Part shown: positions 29,116 to 37,574 of the stretch, one piece after another | Position numbering within the stretch: position 1 is the stretch's first letter | Layout of the letters: every line of letters starts with the position of its first letter | Assembly (NCBI GenBank): GCA_963780675.1 | Contig: CAWACR010000003.1 | Span: forward strand, 1,078,645-1,142,644 | Direction of reading: 5' to 3' | DNA: 64,000 nt | From: an uncultured Actinomycetota bacterium | GTDB lineage: Bacteria; Actinomycetota; Actinomycetes; Actinomycetales; JAHECE01 | Position numbers and translations under genes: made by a program | The notes under the pieces: model-generated | Seen by the model: only the letters and a program-made list of their open reading frames with translations | Databases searched by the model: none | Told to the model about the DNA's origin: nothing

Positions 29116-31839
29116 CTACGACGGGGCGCCGGGAGCGGGTGGCACGCGACGGTGGGTGGGCAGGACGGTAGCGGTGGTGAAGCGTGCTGCGCGGCGGTGG
29201 ATGCGGCGCCCGGGCCGGCGGGGTCGGGCCGTCGTCGGGACGGTCGGGGCGGCTGCGAGGGTGCGGTAGAACCACCACTTGGTGGCTTCGATGAGGACGA
29301 GGTAGACCGCGACCATCAGCGCGAGAGCGGCGAAGAACTGGGCGGGCAGCGGGGTGAAGCCCAGGGCCGGTCCCAGAGGTGTCTGTGGGAGAACCGCGCC
29401 GACCAGGGCGACGCCGATCGCGGAGATGGCCAGCGGGCGGCTGGGGTTGCTGCGGAAGAAGGGGATCCGCCGGGTCCGGATGGCGAAGATCACCAGGGTC
29501 TGGGTGGCGAGCGACTCCACGAACCAGCCGGAACGGAACAGCTCGGGGCCGGCGTGGAAGACGCCGAGCATCACGGCGAAGGTGGCGAAGTCGAACAGCG
29601 AGCTGATCGGCCCGAAGACCAGCATGAATCGGCGGATGAAGTGGATGTCCCACTGGGACGGGCGAGCGAGCTGCTCGGCGTCGACGTGGTCGGTGGGAAT
29701 CGTGAGCTGGCTGGAGTCGTAGAGCAGGTTGTTCAGCAGGATCTGCGAGGGCAGCATCGGCAGGAATGTCAGGAACGCCGACGCCGCGGCGGCGCTGAAC
29801 ATGTTGCCGAAGTTGCTCGAGGTCCCCATGAGGACGTACTTGATCGTGTTGGCGAAGATGCGCCGACCTTCCACGACGCCGTCGGCGAGGACGTCGAGGT
29901 CCTTCTCCAGCAGCAGGACGTCGGCCGCGTCCTTGGCCACGTCGCTGGCTGACTCCACGGATATCCCGACGTCGGCGGCGTGCAACGCAAGAGCGTCGTT
30001 GACGCCATCGCCCAGGAACGCGACGTCGACCCCGGTGCGCCGCTGGGTGCGCACGATGAGCGCCTTGTCCTCGGGGCTGACGCGCGCGAAGACCGTCGAC
30101 GCGGCGACCTTCTCGGCGAGCTGCTGCTCATCCAGGCCCTCGAGGTCGGCCCCCGTGCACGCCTTCCCGGCAGGTAGGCCGAGGTCGGCGCAGACACGCA
30201 GGGCGACTGTGGCGTTGTCTCCCGTCACGATCTTGACGGACACCCCCAGGCCGGCGAGCCGCTCGATCGCACCCCGAGCGCTGGGCTTGGGCGGGTCGAG
30301 GAAGACCAGCAGCCCCCGAAGACTCAGCCCGGACTCCGCGGCCGGCGAGAGGGTGAGCAGACCCGGCGCCGGTCGGGAGGCCACCGCCACTACCCGGTTC
30401 CCGGCGGCGAACTCCGCCTCCAACGCGGCCCGCACCGCTCCCGGGACCTCGACACACCGCTCGAGCACCGACTCCGGAGCCCCCTTCGTGACAAGCAGGC
30501 GGCCCACCCCCGGCCCGTCCTCGCCGACCCCGACCTCGACGCCGACGTCGACGTCGACAAGGACGGAGACCATCCGCCGCTCGTGGTCGAACGGCAACGT
30601 CGCGACCCGGCGAACGCCCCGCACGAAGGCCCCATGCGCCGCGGCCTCCGGCGACTCCCACAGGGCGACGTCGAGGGCGTTGCCGCCCGCGACCTGACCG
30701 TCCTCGACGACCGCCTCGGAACACACGAGCCCGAGCCGCACGGGCTCGCCGGCGCCATTCCCGTCCCGGCCGAGCGAGCGCGCGAATCGGATGCTCCCCT
30801 CGGTCAACGTGCCCGTCTTGTCGGTGAACAACACCTCGACGTCACCGAGATCCTCGATGCATACCAGGCGCGTGACCAGCACCCTGCGCTTGGCGAGCTC
30901 TCGCGAACCGGTCGCCAAGCTGGCGGAGACGACCGCGGGCAGCAGCTGCGGGGAGATCCCGACAGCGATCGCCAACGAGAACAGCAACGCGTCGAGCACG
31001 GGCCGGTGCAGCACGACATTGATCACGAAGATGCCGATCGTCAGGGCGCCGGCCACCTCCACGAGAAGCAACGAGAACTTGCGCAGCCCGACCTGGAACT
31101 CGGTCTCCGGGTGACGCTCACCCAGGCCCAAGGCGATCCGACCGAACGTCGCCCGGCCCGCGGTCGCGACGACCACGCCTCGCCCAGACCCGGCATGGAC
31201 CACCGTGCCCATCAACGCGCACGAGCCCAGGTCCGCCAGCGCCGCGCGGTCGGCTACCGGCTCGACCTGCTTCTCCCGCGGCAGCGACTCCCCGGTCAAC
31301 AGGGACTCCTCACACTCCAGCCCCGTGCACTCCAGCAGCCTCATGTCAGCGGGAACCACCTCCCCGAGCTGCAGGTCCACCACGTCGCCCGGGACCAGCC
31401 CGGTCACATCGAGGGACACCGGATGCCCCCCACGGATGACCACACAGCGGTGGCGGACCTGGGAATGCAGGCCCTCGGCCGTCTTCTCGGCCCGGTACTC
31501 GTTCCATACGTCCAGGCCCACGGACGCCGCCAGGATGACCCCGATGATCAGCGCGTCGGTCTGCTGACCAAGGAAGAACGCCGCCACCGCCGTGACGCCC
31601 AGCAGCACCAACAACGGGGAACGGAACTGACGCAGCACGACCGGCAGCAGCCGGGCCCTGTGCGAACGCACCGCGTTCGGCCCGCCCGCCGCGAGACGAC
31701 GGCCCGCCTCCACCGCGCTCAACCCACCCGGACCCGACCCCAAACCCGCGAACACGCCCTCGGCCCCCATCGCCGCGGCCACCCGCACGTCCAACCACGG
31801 GACACCGGGCACCGGAACGCGCACAGCCGGCGGACCCAC
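29116..31839 (-). CDS. mgtA: Mg2+-translocating P-type ATPase (P3B, MgtA-like)
   Basis: TGES, DKTGTLT, TGDN, GDGVND, SSNFGNMFS, NNLLYD and GWFVESLATQ motifs. TM4 reads GISPQLLP. Start uncertain. Confidence 0.9.
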   Translation of the reverse strand: MGPPAVRVPVPGVPWLDVRVAAAMGAEGVFAGLGSGPGGLSAVEAGRRLAAGGPNAVRSHRARLLPVVLRQFRSPLLVLLGVTAVAAFFLGQQTDALIIGVILAASVGLDVWNEYRAEKTAEGLHSQVRHRCVVIRGGHPVSLDVTGLVPGDVVDLQLGEVVPADMRLLECTGLECEESLLTGESLPREKQVEPVADRAALADLGSCALMGTVVHAGSGRGVVVATAGRATFGRIALGLGERHPETEFQVGLRKFSLLLVEVAGALTIGIFVINVVLHRPVLDALLFSLAIAVGISPQLLPAVVSASLATGSRELAKRRVLVTRLVCIEDLGDVEVLFTDKTGTLTEGSIRFARSLGRDGNGAGEPVRLGLVCSEAVVEDGQVAGGNALDVALWESPEAAAHGAFVRGVRRVATLPFDHERRMVSVLVDVDVGVEVGVGEDGPGVGRLLVTKGAPESVLERCVEVPGAVRAALEAEFAAGNRVVAVASRPAPGLLTLSPAAESGLSLRGLLVFLDPPKPSARGAIERLAGLGVSVKIVTGDNATVALRVCADLGLPAGKACTGADLEGLDEQQLAEKVAASTVFARVSPEDKALIVRTQRRTGVDVAFLGDGVNDALALHAADVGISVESASDVAKDAADVLLLEKDLDVLADGVVEGRRIFANTIKYVLMGTSSNFGNMFSAAAASAFLTFLPMLPSQILLNNLLYDSSQLTIPTDHVDAEQLARPSQWDIHFIRRFMLVFGPISSLFDFATFAVMLGVFHAGPELFRSGWFVESLATQTLVIFAIRTRRIPFFRSNPSRPLAISAIGVALVGAVLPQTPLGPALGFTPLPAQFFAALALMVAVYLVLIEATKWWFYRTLAAAPTVPTTARPRRPGRRIHRRAARFTTATVLPTHRRVPPAPGAPS

Positions 31840-32009
31840 CTCGCCATCGTGTCACCGCAACTGCGGGGACGCACGGTCCTGCACCCACGGAACGCGAGCT
31901 CACCCTGCTGAGCACGATCGACGGGTGCCGCGGAACCCAGCAGCTGTTCCACGCCGCGCTGTCGGGCACGGCGACCGACAACGACAGCCGGCCCGCCCGC
32001 CACCAGATG

Positions 32010-32543
32010 TCAGCCGGGGCCCGCGCTCAGTCGCTCGAGGAGAGGCTTGTGCTCGGGGAAGGCTGCCTCGAGCCGGTCGAGGTCGCCCCGGGCGGGGACG
32101 AACGAGTCGGCCGGGTCGTAGCCGGGGCTGAGACTGCAGGTGACGAGCGCGTAGGTGGTCCGTAGGAGCTCGGCGCCGAACCATGTCGAGTGCGGCGCGA
32201 CGCCGTGCCACACCTCGCCGCGAGACGGCGCGGACCCGAGGGTGATCGCGCTGTAGCCGTCCGTCTCGGAGAAGACGTGGAGGCGAATCGGCCCTCCGGT
32301 GTGGAAGAACCACAGCTCGTCCTGGTGCAGCATGTGCAGGCGCAGCACCTGGCCCGCGTCGAGCAGGTACCAGTTGGAGGAGTACAGCGACCGGCTACCT
32401 CCGAACCGTGCGGGCAGCGCCGAGCCGTCCACCCGCTCGTCGGAGCCCATAGCAGGCGCGAACCAGCCACCCACGGGTACGGGGGTCAGGCCGAGTCGCT
32501 CGACCCACCGACGGGCCGTCGGCCGCCTCGTCCGCTCAGTCAT
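32010..32543 (-). CDS. DUF985 / Cupin_5-family cupin (divergent)
   Basis: LGLTPVPVGGWF, SSNWYLL, LHMLHQDELWFFHTGGP, WFGAEL and LVTCSLSPGYD; ATG overlaps the PAS gene end. Confidence 0.82.
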   Translation of the reverse strand: MTERTRRPTARRWVERLGLTPVPVGGWFAPAMGSDERVDGSALPARFGGSRSLYSSNWYLLDAGQVLRLHMLHQDELWFFHTGGPIRLHVFSETDGYSAITLGSAPSRGEVWHGVAPHSTWFGAELLRTTYALVTCSLSPGYDPADSFVPARGDLDRLEAAFPEHKPLLERLSAGPG

Positions 32544-32952
32544 CGACGGGCTTGCGCAGCGAGAAGCACACGGTGATGCCGATGATCTGGCCCGTGCACG
32601 GGTCGCGCAGCAGACCCTTCTGCGTGACGATCTCCACATTGACCATGCCACCGCGACTGGTCGGGACGGCGATGGTCTCGTGGAAGTTGAGCAGGGGCTT
32701 GCCGCTGGCCATGACCTGCTTGTCGTGCGCGACGTGGGCGGCGCGGCTGTCCTCCTGCCCGATCAGGTCGGCCTTGCTCACCCCGACGAGGTCCGCGAAG
32801 TTCTGGTTGACCCACAAGATCACCGAGTTGACGTCCTTGACCACCCAGTAGACGCCGTCCTGGCGATCGAGGACGTCCGCGATGCTCAGGGGCGGCTCGG
32901 TGGGGAGCACCGGGTTCGACGGGGCGTGTGCGGCATCCGCGGGCGCGCTCAC
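32536..32952 (-). CDS. Stand-alone PAS-fold protein (138 aa)
   Basis: YWVVKDVNSVILWVNQNFADLVG...LIGQED ... DKQVMASGKP ... KGLLRD..GQIIGI is a PAS_4 pattern with no output domain; GTGA overlap with the GMC stop. Confidence 0.82.
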   Translation of the reverse strand: MSAPADAAHAPSNPVLPTEPPLSIADVLDRQDGVYWVVKDVNSVILWVNQNFADLVGVSKADLIGQEDSRAAHVAHDKQVMASGKPLLNFHETIAVPTSRGGMVNVEIVTQKGLLRDPCTGQIIGITVCFSLRKPVDD

Positions 32953-34700
32953 CGCCGGGCCTCGTCGGTGTCCGCCGTCGAGGTGAGGGACTCCGCGAGG
33001 TCCTGCGCCAACGCGACCATGGTCATCGTGGGGTTCCACGAACCGCCCGTCGGCCACAGGCCACCGCCGGTGACGTAGACGTTCTCGACCCCGCGCAGCC
33101 GGTAGTCCAACCCGACGGGCGCGTCGTCGTCCTCGCCGATGTGCAGGGTGGAGCCCTCGTGGACGAGGCCGGGAACTCGCCGCTCGGGTGGGCGCGGGCG
33201 CTCGGCGCCCCACGTGCCGGTGTCCGGGTCACCGTGCCAGTACTCCACCCGGTCGGCGCCGGCCGGGGAGAACACGCACTCCATCATCTGGAAAGTCGCC
33301 TCGTCCATCGTGTCCCAGGTCTCGCGATCGACATCGTTGGCCAGCACCTGCAACGTCACGTTCGTCGTCGGATCCGTCCCGCCGTCGAGGGCGAGGTAGT
33401 TCTCGGCGTTCTTCTCGTCTATCTCGCCGAGCACGGCGCACACGAACACGAGGTGATCGGGTGAGGAGACCAGCTGCGCCAACGACGCCGTGGCGACGAC
33501 GTCGGGGGCGTACCGCTCGGCCTTCTGCGCGTCGGCCTGCGGGTCGCGGTCCGAGAGGACGGACAGCTGCACGTGGTACTGCATCCCGGCCGGGCTCTTG
33601 CCTGCCAGGTAGATGGCCGCCAGCTCGAGCTCGGCCAGCTTCGAGGCGAAGTCGAAGTCGGCGCGCGGCACCCGGGCGACGACGGCGGTGATGAAATGCG
33701 CGGTGAAACGCGCCCCGGTGTGGCGAACCTGGGGGAAGGAGTTCAGGACCAGGGTGGTCGGCGGGAGCGTGCCCATCGCAAGGATGAGGTTTGCATCGCC
33801 GATGGGGACGACGCCGCGGCTCGTCTCTAGCGCCGTCGCCCGCCCGCCCTGCTGAAGGACCCGGTTGACCACGCACTCCGTCACGATCTGCAGCGCGCTC
33901 CCCGTGCCGGCGGCGGCGGCCCCAGCCTGCTGGTCCACGAGGCCCAGGAGGACGGCAGGAGTCGAGAACTTGGCGAAGTCGATTCCGGCGTCGGCGCCGG
34001 CCGCGGCCGCGAGCGGTGCGGGCAGCCACCGGGTGGCCGAGTCGATGCGGCCCAGGCCGGCGGCGAGGAGGGCCTGCAGCCCCTTCTGCAGCCGCCCGTA
34101 CACCGGACGGTGCCCTGCCACGAGGTCACGCTGGGACGCCGTGAGGTTCTTGTCGATCCGATCAGCGGGAATGACGTTGAGGAGTGCCTCCGCCGAGGCG
34201 AAGTGGCGCTGCGCGGCGGCGATCGTGGCAGCGGGCCACTCGCGCATCTCGTCCTCGAGCGGACGAGGGCACCACGCGCTCCACATGATGCTGCGGCCGC
34301 CGAAGAACGGGACCATGCCGTGCTGCCACTGGATGTTCCCGGCCGGCTGATCGTGAGTCGCCGCGGACAGGGTCCACGGGAAGGTCTCGGAGAGCCCGCC
34401 CAGGGTCTGGCGGTAGGGAAGCGGCAGGTTCTGGAAGTGCTCCGGAAGGAAGTACGGCCCGCGCTCGATCACCAGGATGCGGGCGTGGGGGTCCCGTGCG
34501 AGGGCCCGTTCGGCGAAGGCGAAGCCGCAGAAGCCGCTACCGACCACGATGTGGTCGAACTGCTGATCCTCGCGGGCCTCTTTCCATCCCGCCTGGGACA
34601 GGAAGAAGACGTGGTCCATCACCTTCTGCGGCGTCGGCGCCTGTGGTCCGGGCGTCGGATACCCGTAGTTGAAGTTGGGTGTGGAGGAGACAGCGCTCAC
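32949..34700 (-). CDS. GMC-family FAD oxidoreductase (pyranose-oxidase-like)
   Basis: IVVGSGFCG, IERG, GGRSIMWSAWCPR, VHEGST and GSWNPT (His/Asn pair). An alternative in-frame ATG at 34913 has a GAGGTG RBS. Confidence 0.88.
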   Translation of the reverse strand: MSAVSSTPNFNYGYPTPGPQAPTPQKVMDHVFFLSQAGWKEAREDQQFDHIVVGSGFCGFAFAERALARDPHARILVIERGPYFLPEHFQNLPLPYRQTLGGLSETFPWTLSAATHDQPAGNIQWQHGMVPFFGGRSIMWSAWCPRPLEDEMREWPAATIAAAQRHFASAEALLNVIPADRIDKNLTASQRDLVAGHRPVYGRLQKGLQALLAAGLGRIDSATRWLPAPLAAAAGADAGIDFAKFSTPAVLLGLVDQQAGAAAAGTGSALQIVTECVVNRVLQQGGRATALETSRGVVPIGDANLILAMGTLPPTTLVLNSFPQVRHTGARFTAHFITAVVARVPRADFDFASKLAELELAAIYLAGKSPAGMQYHVQLSVLSDRDPQADAQKAERYAPDVVATASLAQLVSSPDHLVFVCAVLGEIDEKNAENYLALDGGTDPTTNVTLQVLANDVDRETWDTMDEATFQMMECVFSPAGADRVEYWHGDPDTGTWGAERPRPPERRVPGLVHEGSTLHIGEDDDAPVGLDYRLRGVENVYVTGGGLWPTGGSWNPTMTMVALAQDLAESLTSTADTDEARR

Positions 34701-34945
34701 GTCGGGACCCCCTGACGTCACGCCGGACGTCGACGCCGGTCCGTCGTCGGACCAGGCCGTCCACGCGCGGCTTCTTGTCCGGCACCGGGCAGGGGCCGGA
34801 TTGCGGGGGGCGGTCTTCTCAGCGTCGACGCCTGACCCACGGTCGAGCGGCCCGGCGTCGAACTCTCCCCCCGGCGAGTACTGCCGACCCCGCTCGGGGA
34901 TCGACGCCGGCATCGGCGTCACCTCGGTTGGAGTAGCAGGGCCTC

Positions 34946-34995
34946 ATCCTGGTGTCGCGGAAGCGGGCCTGTCAATGAATCATTCCGAGAATGAT
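34946..34995 (-). promoter_or_regulatory. Putative housekeeping-sigma promoter of the GMC operon with an adjacent palindrome
   Basis: Minus-strand TTGACA (34975-34970), 18-nt spacer, CAGGAT; perfect ATCATTC-cga-GAATGAT at 34979-34995. Confidence 0.55.
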
Positions 34996-35129
34996 CCGTC
35001 GCGTTGCAGCATTCGACGGCGCCTCCGTCTGGGTCCACCGGCACATCCTGCAGCTGCCAGGTGCCCGAAGCTCGACGAGGGCGGACTGCCGCGCCCCGGG
35101 TGGGCCACCCCGCTCTCGGAACCTCACGT

Positions 35130-35290
35130 CAGCCCGAGGTCGCCTTCGCCGTCTCGTCCCTGACAGTGCTGCGTATGCTCCCGGTCGCCGTGATCGCCCT
35201 CACGGTCCTACTCAGCGTGCTCGCCCACGGGCTCAGCGCCGACGTCCTCGCCACCCGCTACGGCCGCTGGGTCACCGCACCGACCCGACG
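35130..35290 (+). pseudogene. Collapsed remnant of a CPA1-type cation:proton antiporter C-terminus
   Basis: FAVSSLTVLRMLPVA joined directly to VIALTVLLSVLAHGLSA..LATRYGRW. From recall, the GWFGPRG helix normally lies between these two segments. Confidence 0.55.
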
Positions 35291-35342
35291 CCAACGGAAT
35301 CGCCCCTGGTCGGGGGCCGTGCCCTCGACCACGGGCGGATTC

Positions 35343-35507
35343 TCAACGGCGGTCGCGCCGGTCGTCGCGGCGGTCGTCACGCCGGTCGTGACGCCGGTCG
35401 ACGCCGTGGGCCACGACGGCGGCCGTCCCGACGACAGCGGCGGTTCGCGCCACGGGTGCGGGGCCGATCACGCCCGGTCCCCCGATCCTCCTGCGTGCCA
35501 GTGGCAT
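35343..35507 (-). CDS. Small 54-aa protein with DRRx repeats
   Basis: MPLARRRIGGPGVIGPAPVARTAAVVGTAAVVAHGVDRRHDRRDDRRDDRRDRR; AAGGAGG RBS; starts 1 nt after the DUF6325 stop. Confidence 0.7.
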   Translation of the reverse strand: MPLARRRIGGPGVIGPAPVARTAAVVGTAAVVAHGVDRRHDRRDDRRDDRRDRR

Positions 35508-35508
35508 C

Positions 35509-36006
35509 TCAGGCCTCCTTCTCCGTCGCGGCGGCCTCGTCGGCCGCCTCCTCGATCTCCTCGATCTCTTCGTCCAGGTCCGCCTCGATCGCGGCCAGGA
35601 TGGCCTGCACCGGGATCCGCCCGTTGGCCACCAGCTGGCCACCCGCCCGGCGCACGGCCGAGGCGAACGGCGCCGCCCACGTGTTCTCCCAGATCAGAGC
35701 CGCGGCGGTGCTACCCGGCTCGACGGCCGCGGCCAGGGACTCGACGTCCTCGGCGCTCAACAGCATCGCCAGCTCCGTCTCGTAGGAACGCAGCCCCCCG
35801 ATCTCGGCCTCCTCCAGGTCGGACAACTCGAAGGCCTCGATCGCCCCGTCCTCGTCCTTGCGCAGGATCAGCAGGTCGAGGACGCGGATAATCCCGCGGT
35901 CCACGAGGTCATTCAGTGCCGGCGCGATCTCGCCCTTGAACTGGCTGCCCGGGAACTCCACCACGAGCCAGTCCACCGGACCCAGCTCGTCGATCTCCTC
36001 ACTCAT
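35509..36006 (-). CDS. DUF6325-family protein
   Basis: LGPVDWLVVEFPG, GIIRVLDL, PGSTAAALIWENTWAAPF and GRIP motifs; AAGGA RBS. Confidence 0.85.
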   Translation of the reverse strand: MSEEIDELGPVDWLVVEFPGSQFKGEIAPALNDLVDRGIIRVLDLLILRKDEDGAIEAFELSDLEEAEIGGLRSYETELAMLLSAEDVESLAAAVEPGSTAAALIWENTWAAPFASAVRRAGGQLVANGRIPVQAILAAIEADLDEEIEEIEEAADEAAATEKEA

Positions 36007-36263
36007 GCGCACGTCCTTCGTCGTCACTGCTTCTGGCTGCGACCGAACCCCGGTCGGGCCAGTCCTCCACCGATCGCGGCGCGCTCGGCAGACGCTCCCT
36101 GACGCTAGACCCCTAGCCGCGCTCTCGGATCGGGACCATTGCACCCTTTCTCCTCCCGGAAGTACCCGTGCGATCGCCTGTGGAGGGTCCGACAGTCGCG
36201 CCGCCGGGATATCTCGGTCCGAGATGGCACGGGCGCCGCACCGGCGCAGGCGATACTCGCGGG

Positions 36264-37574
36264 GTGACTTCTGTTGACCTGGGGATGCCCCGCCCGGGTG
36301 GTGCGTTCCCGTCCCGCCCCGAAGGCGTCGTGGGGGCGCCGTCGTCGTTCCATGTGCTGGCCAAGCCGACGGGAGCGATCTGCAACCTGGACTGCTCGTA
36401 CTGCTTCTTCCTGTCCAAGGAGGAGCTCTACCCGGGCAGCCGGTTCCGGATGCACGACGACGTCCTGACGCAGTACCTGCGCCAGCTGCTCGAGGCCCAG
36501 CGGGGGCCGGAGGTGACCGTGTCCTGGCAGGGCGGGGAGCCGACCCTGATGGGGCTGGACTTCTTCCGCCGGGCGATCGAGAAGGTGGAGGCCCTCGCGG
36601 GGCCGGGCCGGCGGGTCGAGCACACGATGCAGACGAACGGCACCCTGATCGACGACGAGTGGGCGAAGGTCCTGGCCGCCCACGACGTGCTGGTCGGGAT
36701 CTCGATCGACGGCCCCCGGGCGCTGCACGACGCCTACCGGGTGGACAAGGGCGGCAAACCCACCTACGACCGCGTGATCCGCGGACTGGAGAAGCTGAAG
36801 GCGCACGGCGTGCGGTGGAACGTCCTGACCACGGTCCACCACGCGAACGAGGAGCACGGCCCGGAGGTCTACCGGTTCCTGCGCGACGATCTGGGGGCGG
36901 AGTTCATCCAGTTCATCCCGATCGTCGAGCGACCCTCACCGGGGGGGATCCCGACCGGCGACGAGGTCACGGACCGGTCCGTCTCCCCCGGCGGGTACGG
37001 CCGGTTCCTCGTGGCGGTGTTCGAGGAGTGGGTGCGCCGCGACGTCGGAACCGTGTTCGTGCAGATGTTCGACTCGACGCTGGCGAGTTTCCTCGGGGTG
37101 CCCGGCTCGCTGTGCGTGCACACCGAGACGTGCGGCACCGCCCTGGCGCTCGAGCACAACGGGGACCTGTACTCCTGCGACCACTTCGTCGAACCCGACT
37201 ACCTGCTGGGGAACATCCGCGAGCGGCACATGCTCGAGATGGTCGCCTCCCCCCAGCAGCGGGCGTTCGGGGACGCCAAGCGTGACGCCCTGCCCGCGTA
37301 CTGCCGCTCCTGCGACGTGCGGTTCGCCTGCCACGGCGGCTGCCCCAAGGACCGGTTCACCACCACCCCCGACGGCGAGCCCGGCCTGCACTACCTCTGC
37401 CCCTCCTACCAGCAGTTCTTCCGCCACATCGACGCACCGATGCGGTTCATGAGCGCCGCCCTGCGCTCCGGCCGCGACGCCGACGACGTCATGGGCTGGT
37501 ACCACCGCCGCGACACCCGGGCCTCGGCGGGGCGGGACGGCGGGCGGCCCGAGCGCGAGGGGCCGACGACGTGA
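36264..37574 (+). CDS. Anaerobic sulfatase maturase (radical SAM/SPASM)
   Basis: FHVLAKPTGAICNLDCSYCF, WQGGEPTL, QTNG, YSCDHFV and CRSC..RFACHGGCPK. Start is GTG 36264 or ATG 36285. Confidence 0.93.
   Translation: MTSVDLGMPRPGGAFPSRPEGVVGAPSSFHVLAKPTGAICNLDCSYCFFLSKEELYPGSRFRMHDDVLTQYLRQLLEAQRGPEVTVSWQGGEPTLMGLDFFRRAIEKVEALAGPGRRVEHTMQTNGTLIDDEWAKVLAAHDVLVGISIDGPRALHDAYRVDKGGKPTYDRVIRGLEKLKAHGVRWNVLTTVHHANEEHGPEVYRFLRDDLGAEFIQFIPIVERPSPGGIPTGDEVTDRSVSPGGYGRFLVAVFEEWVRRDVGTVFVQMFDSTLASFLGVPGSLCVHTETCGTALALEHNGDLYSCDHFVEPDYLLGNIRERHMLEMVASPQQRAFGDAKRDALPAYCRSCDVRFACHGGCPKDRFTTTPDGEPGLHYLCPSYQQFFRHIDAPMRFMSAALRSGRDADDVMGWYHRRDTRASAGRDGGRPEREGPTT

Noticed and set aside
34975-34995. Assigning the palindrome to Fur/Zur/IdeR
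   Set aside because: It shares AATCATT/AATGAT words, but the arm orientation and spacing do not match those boxes; left unassigned.
35343-37574. Radical SAM/SPASM plus small peptide as a RiPP system
   Set aside because: The enzyme has clear anSME motifs and is coupled to SulP. The peptide is divergently transcribed, has no Cys/Trp/Tyr, and no RRE, protease or exporter is nearby.
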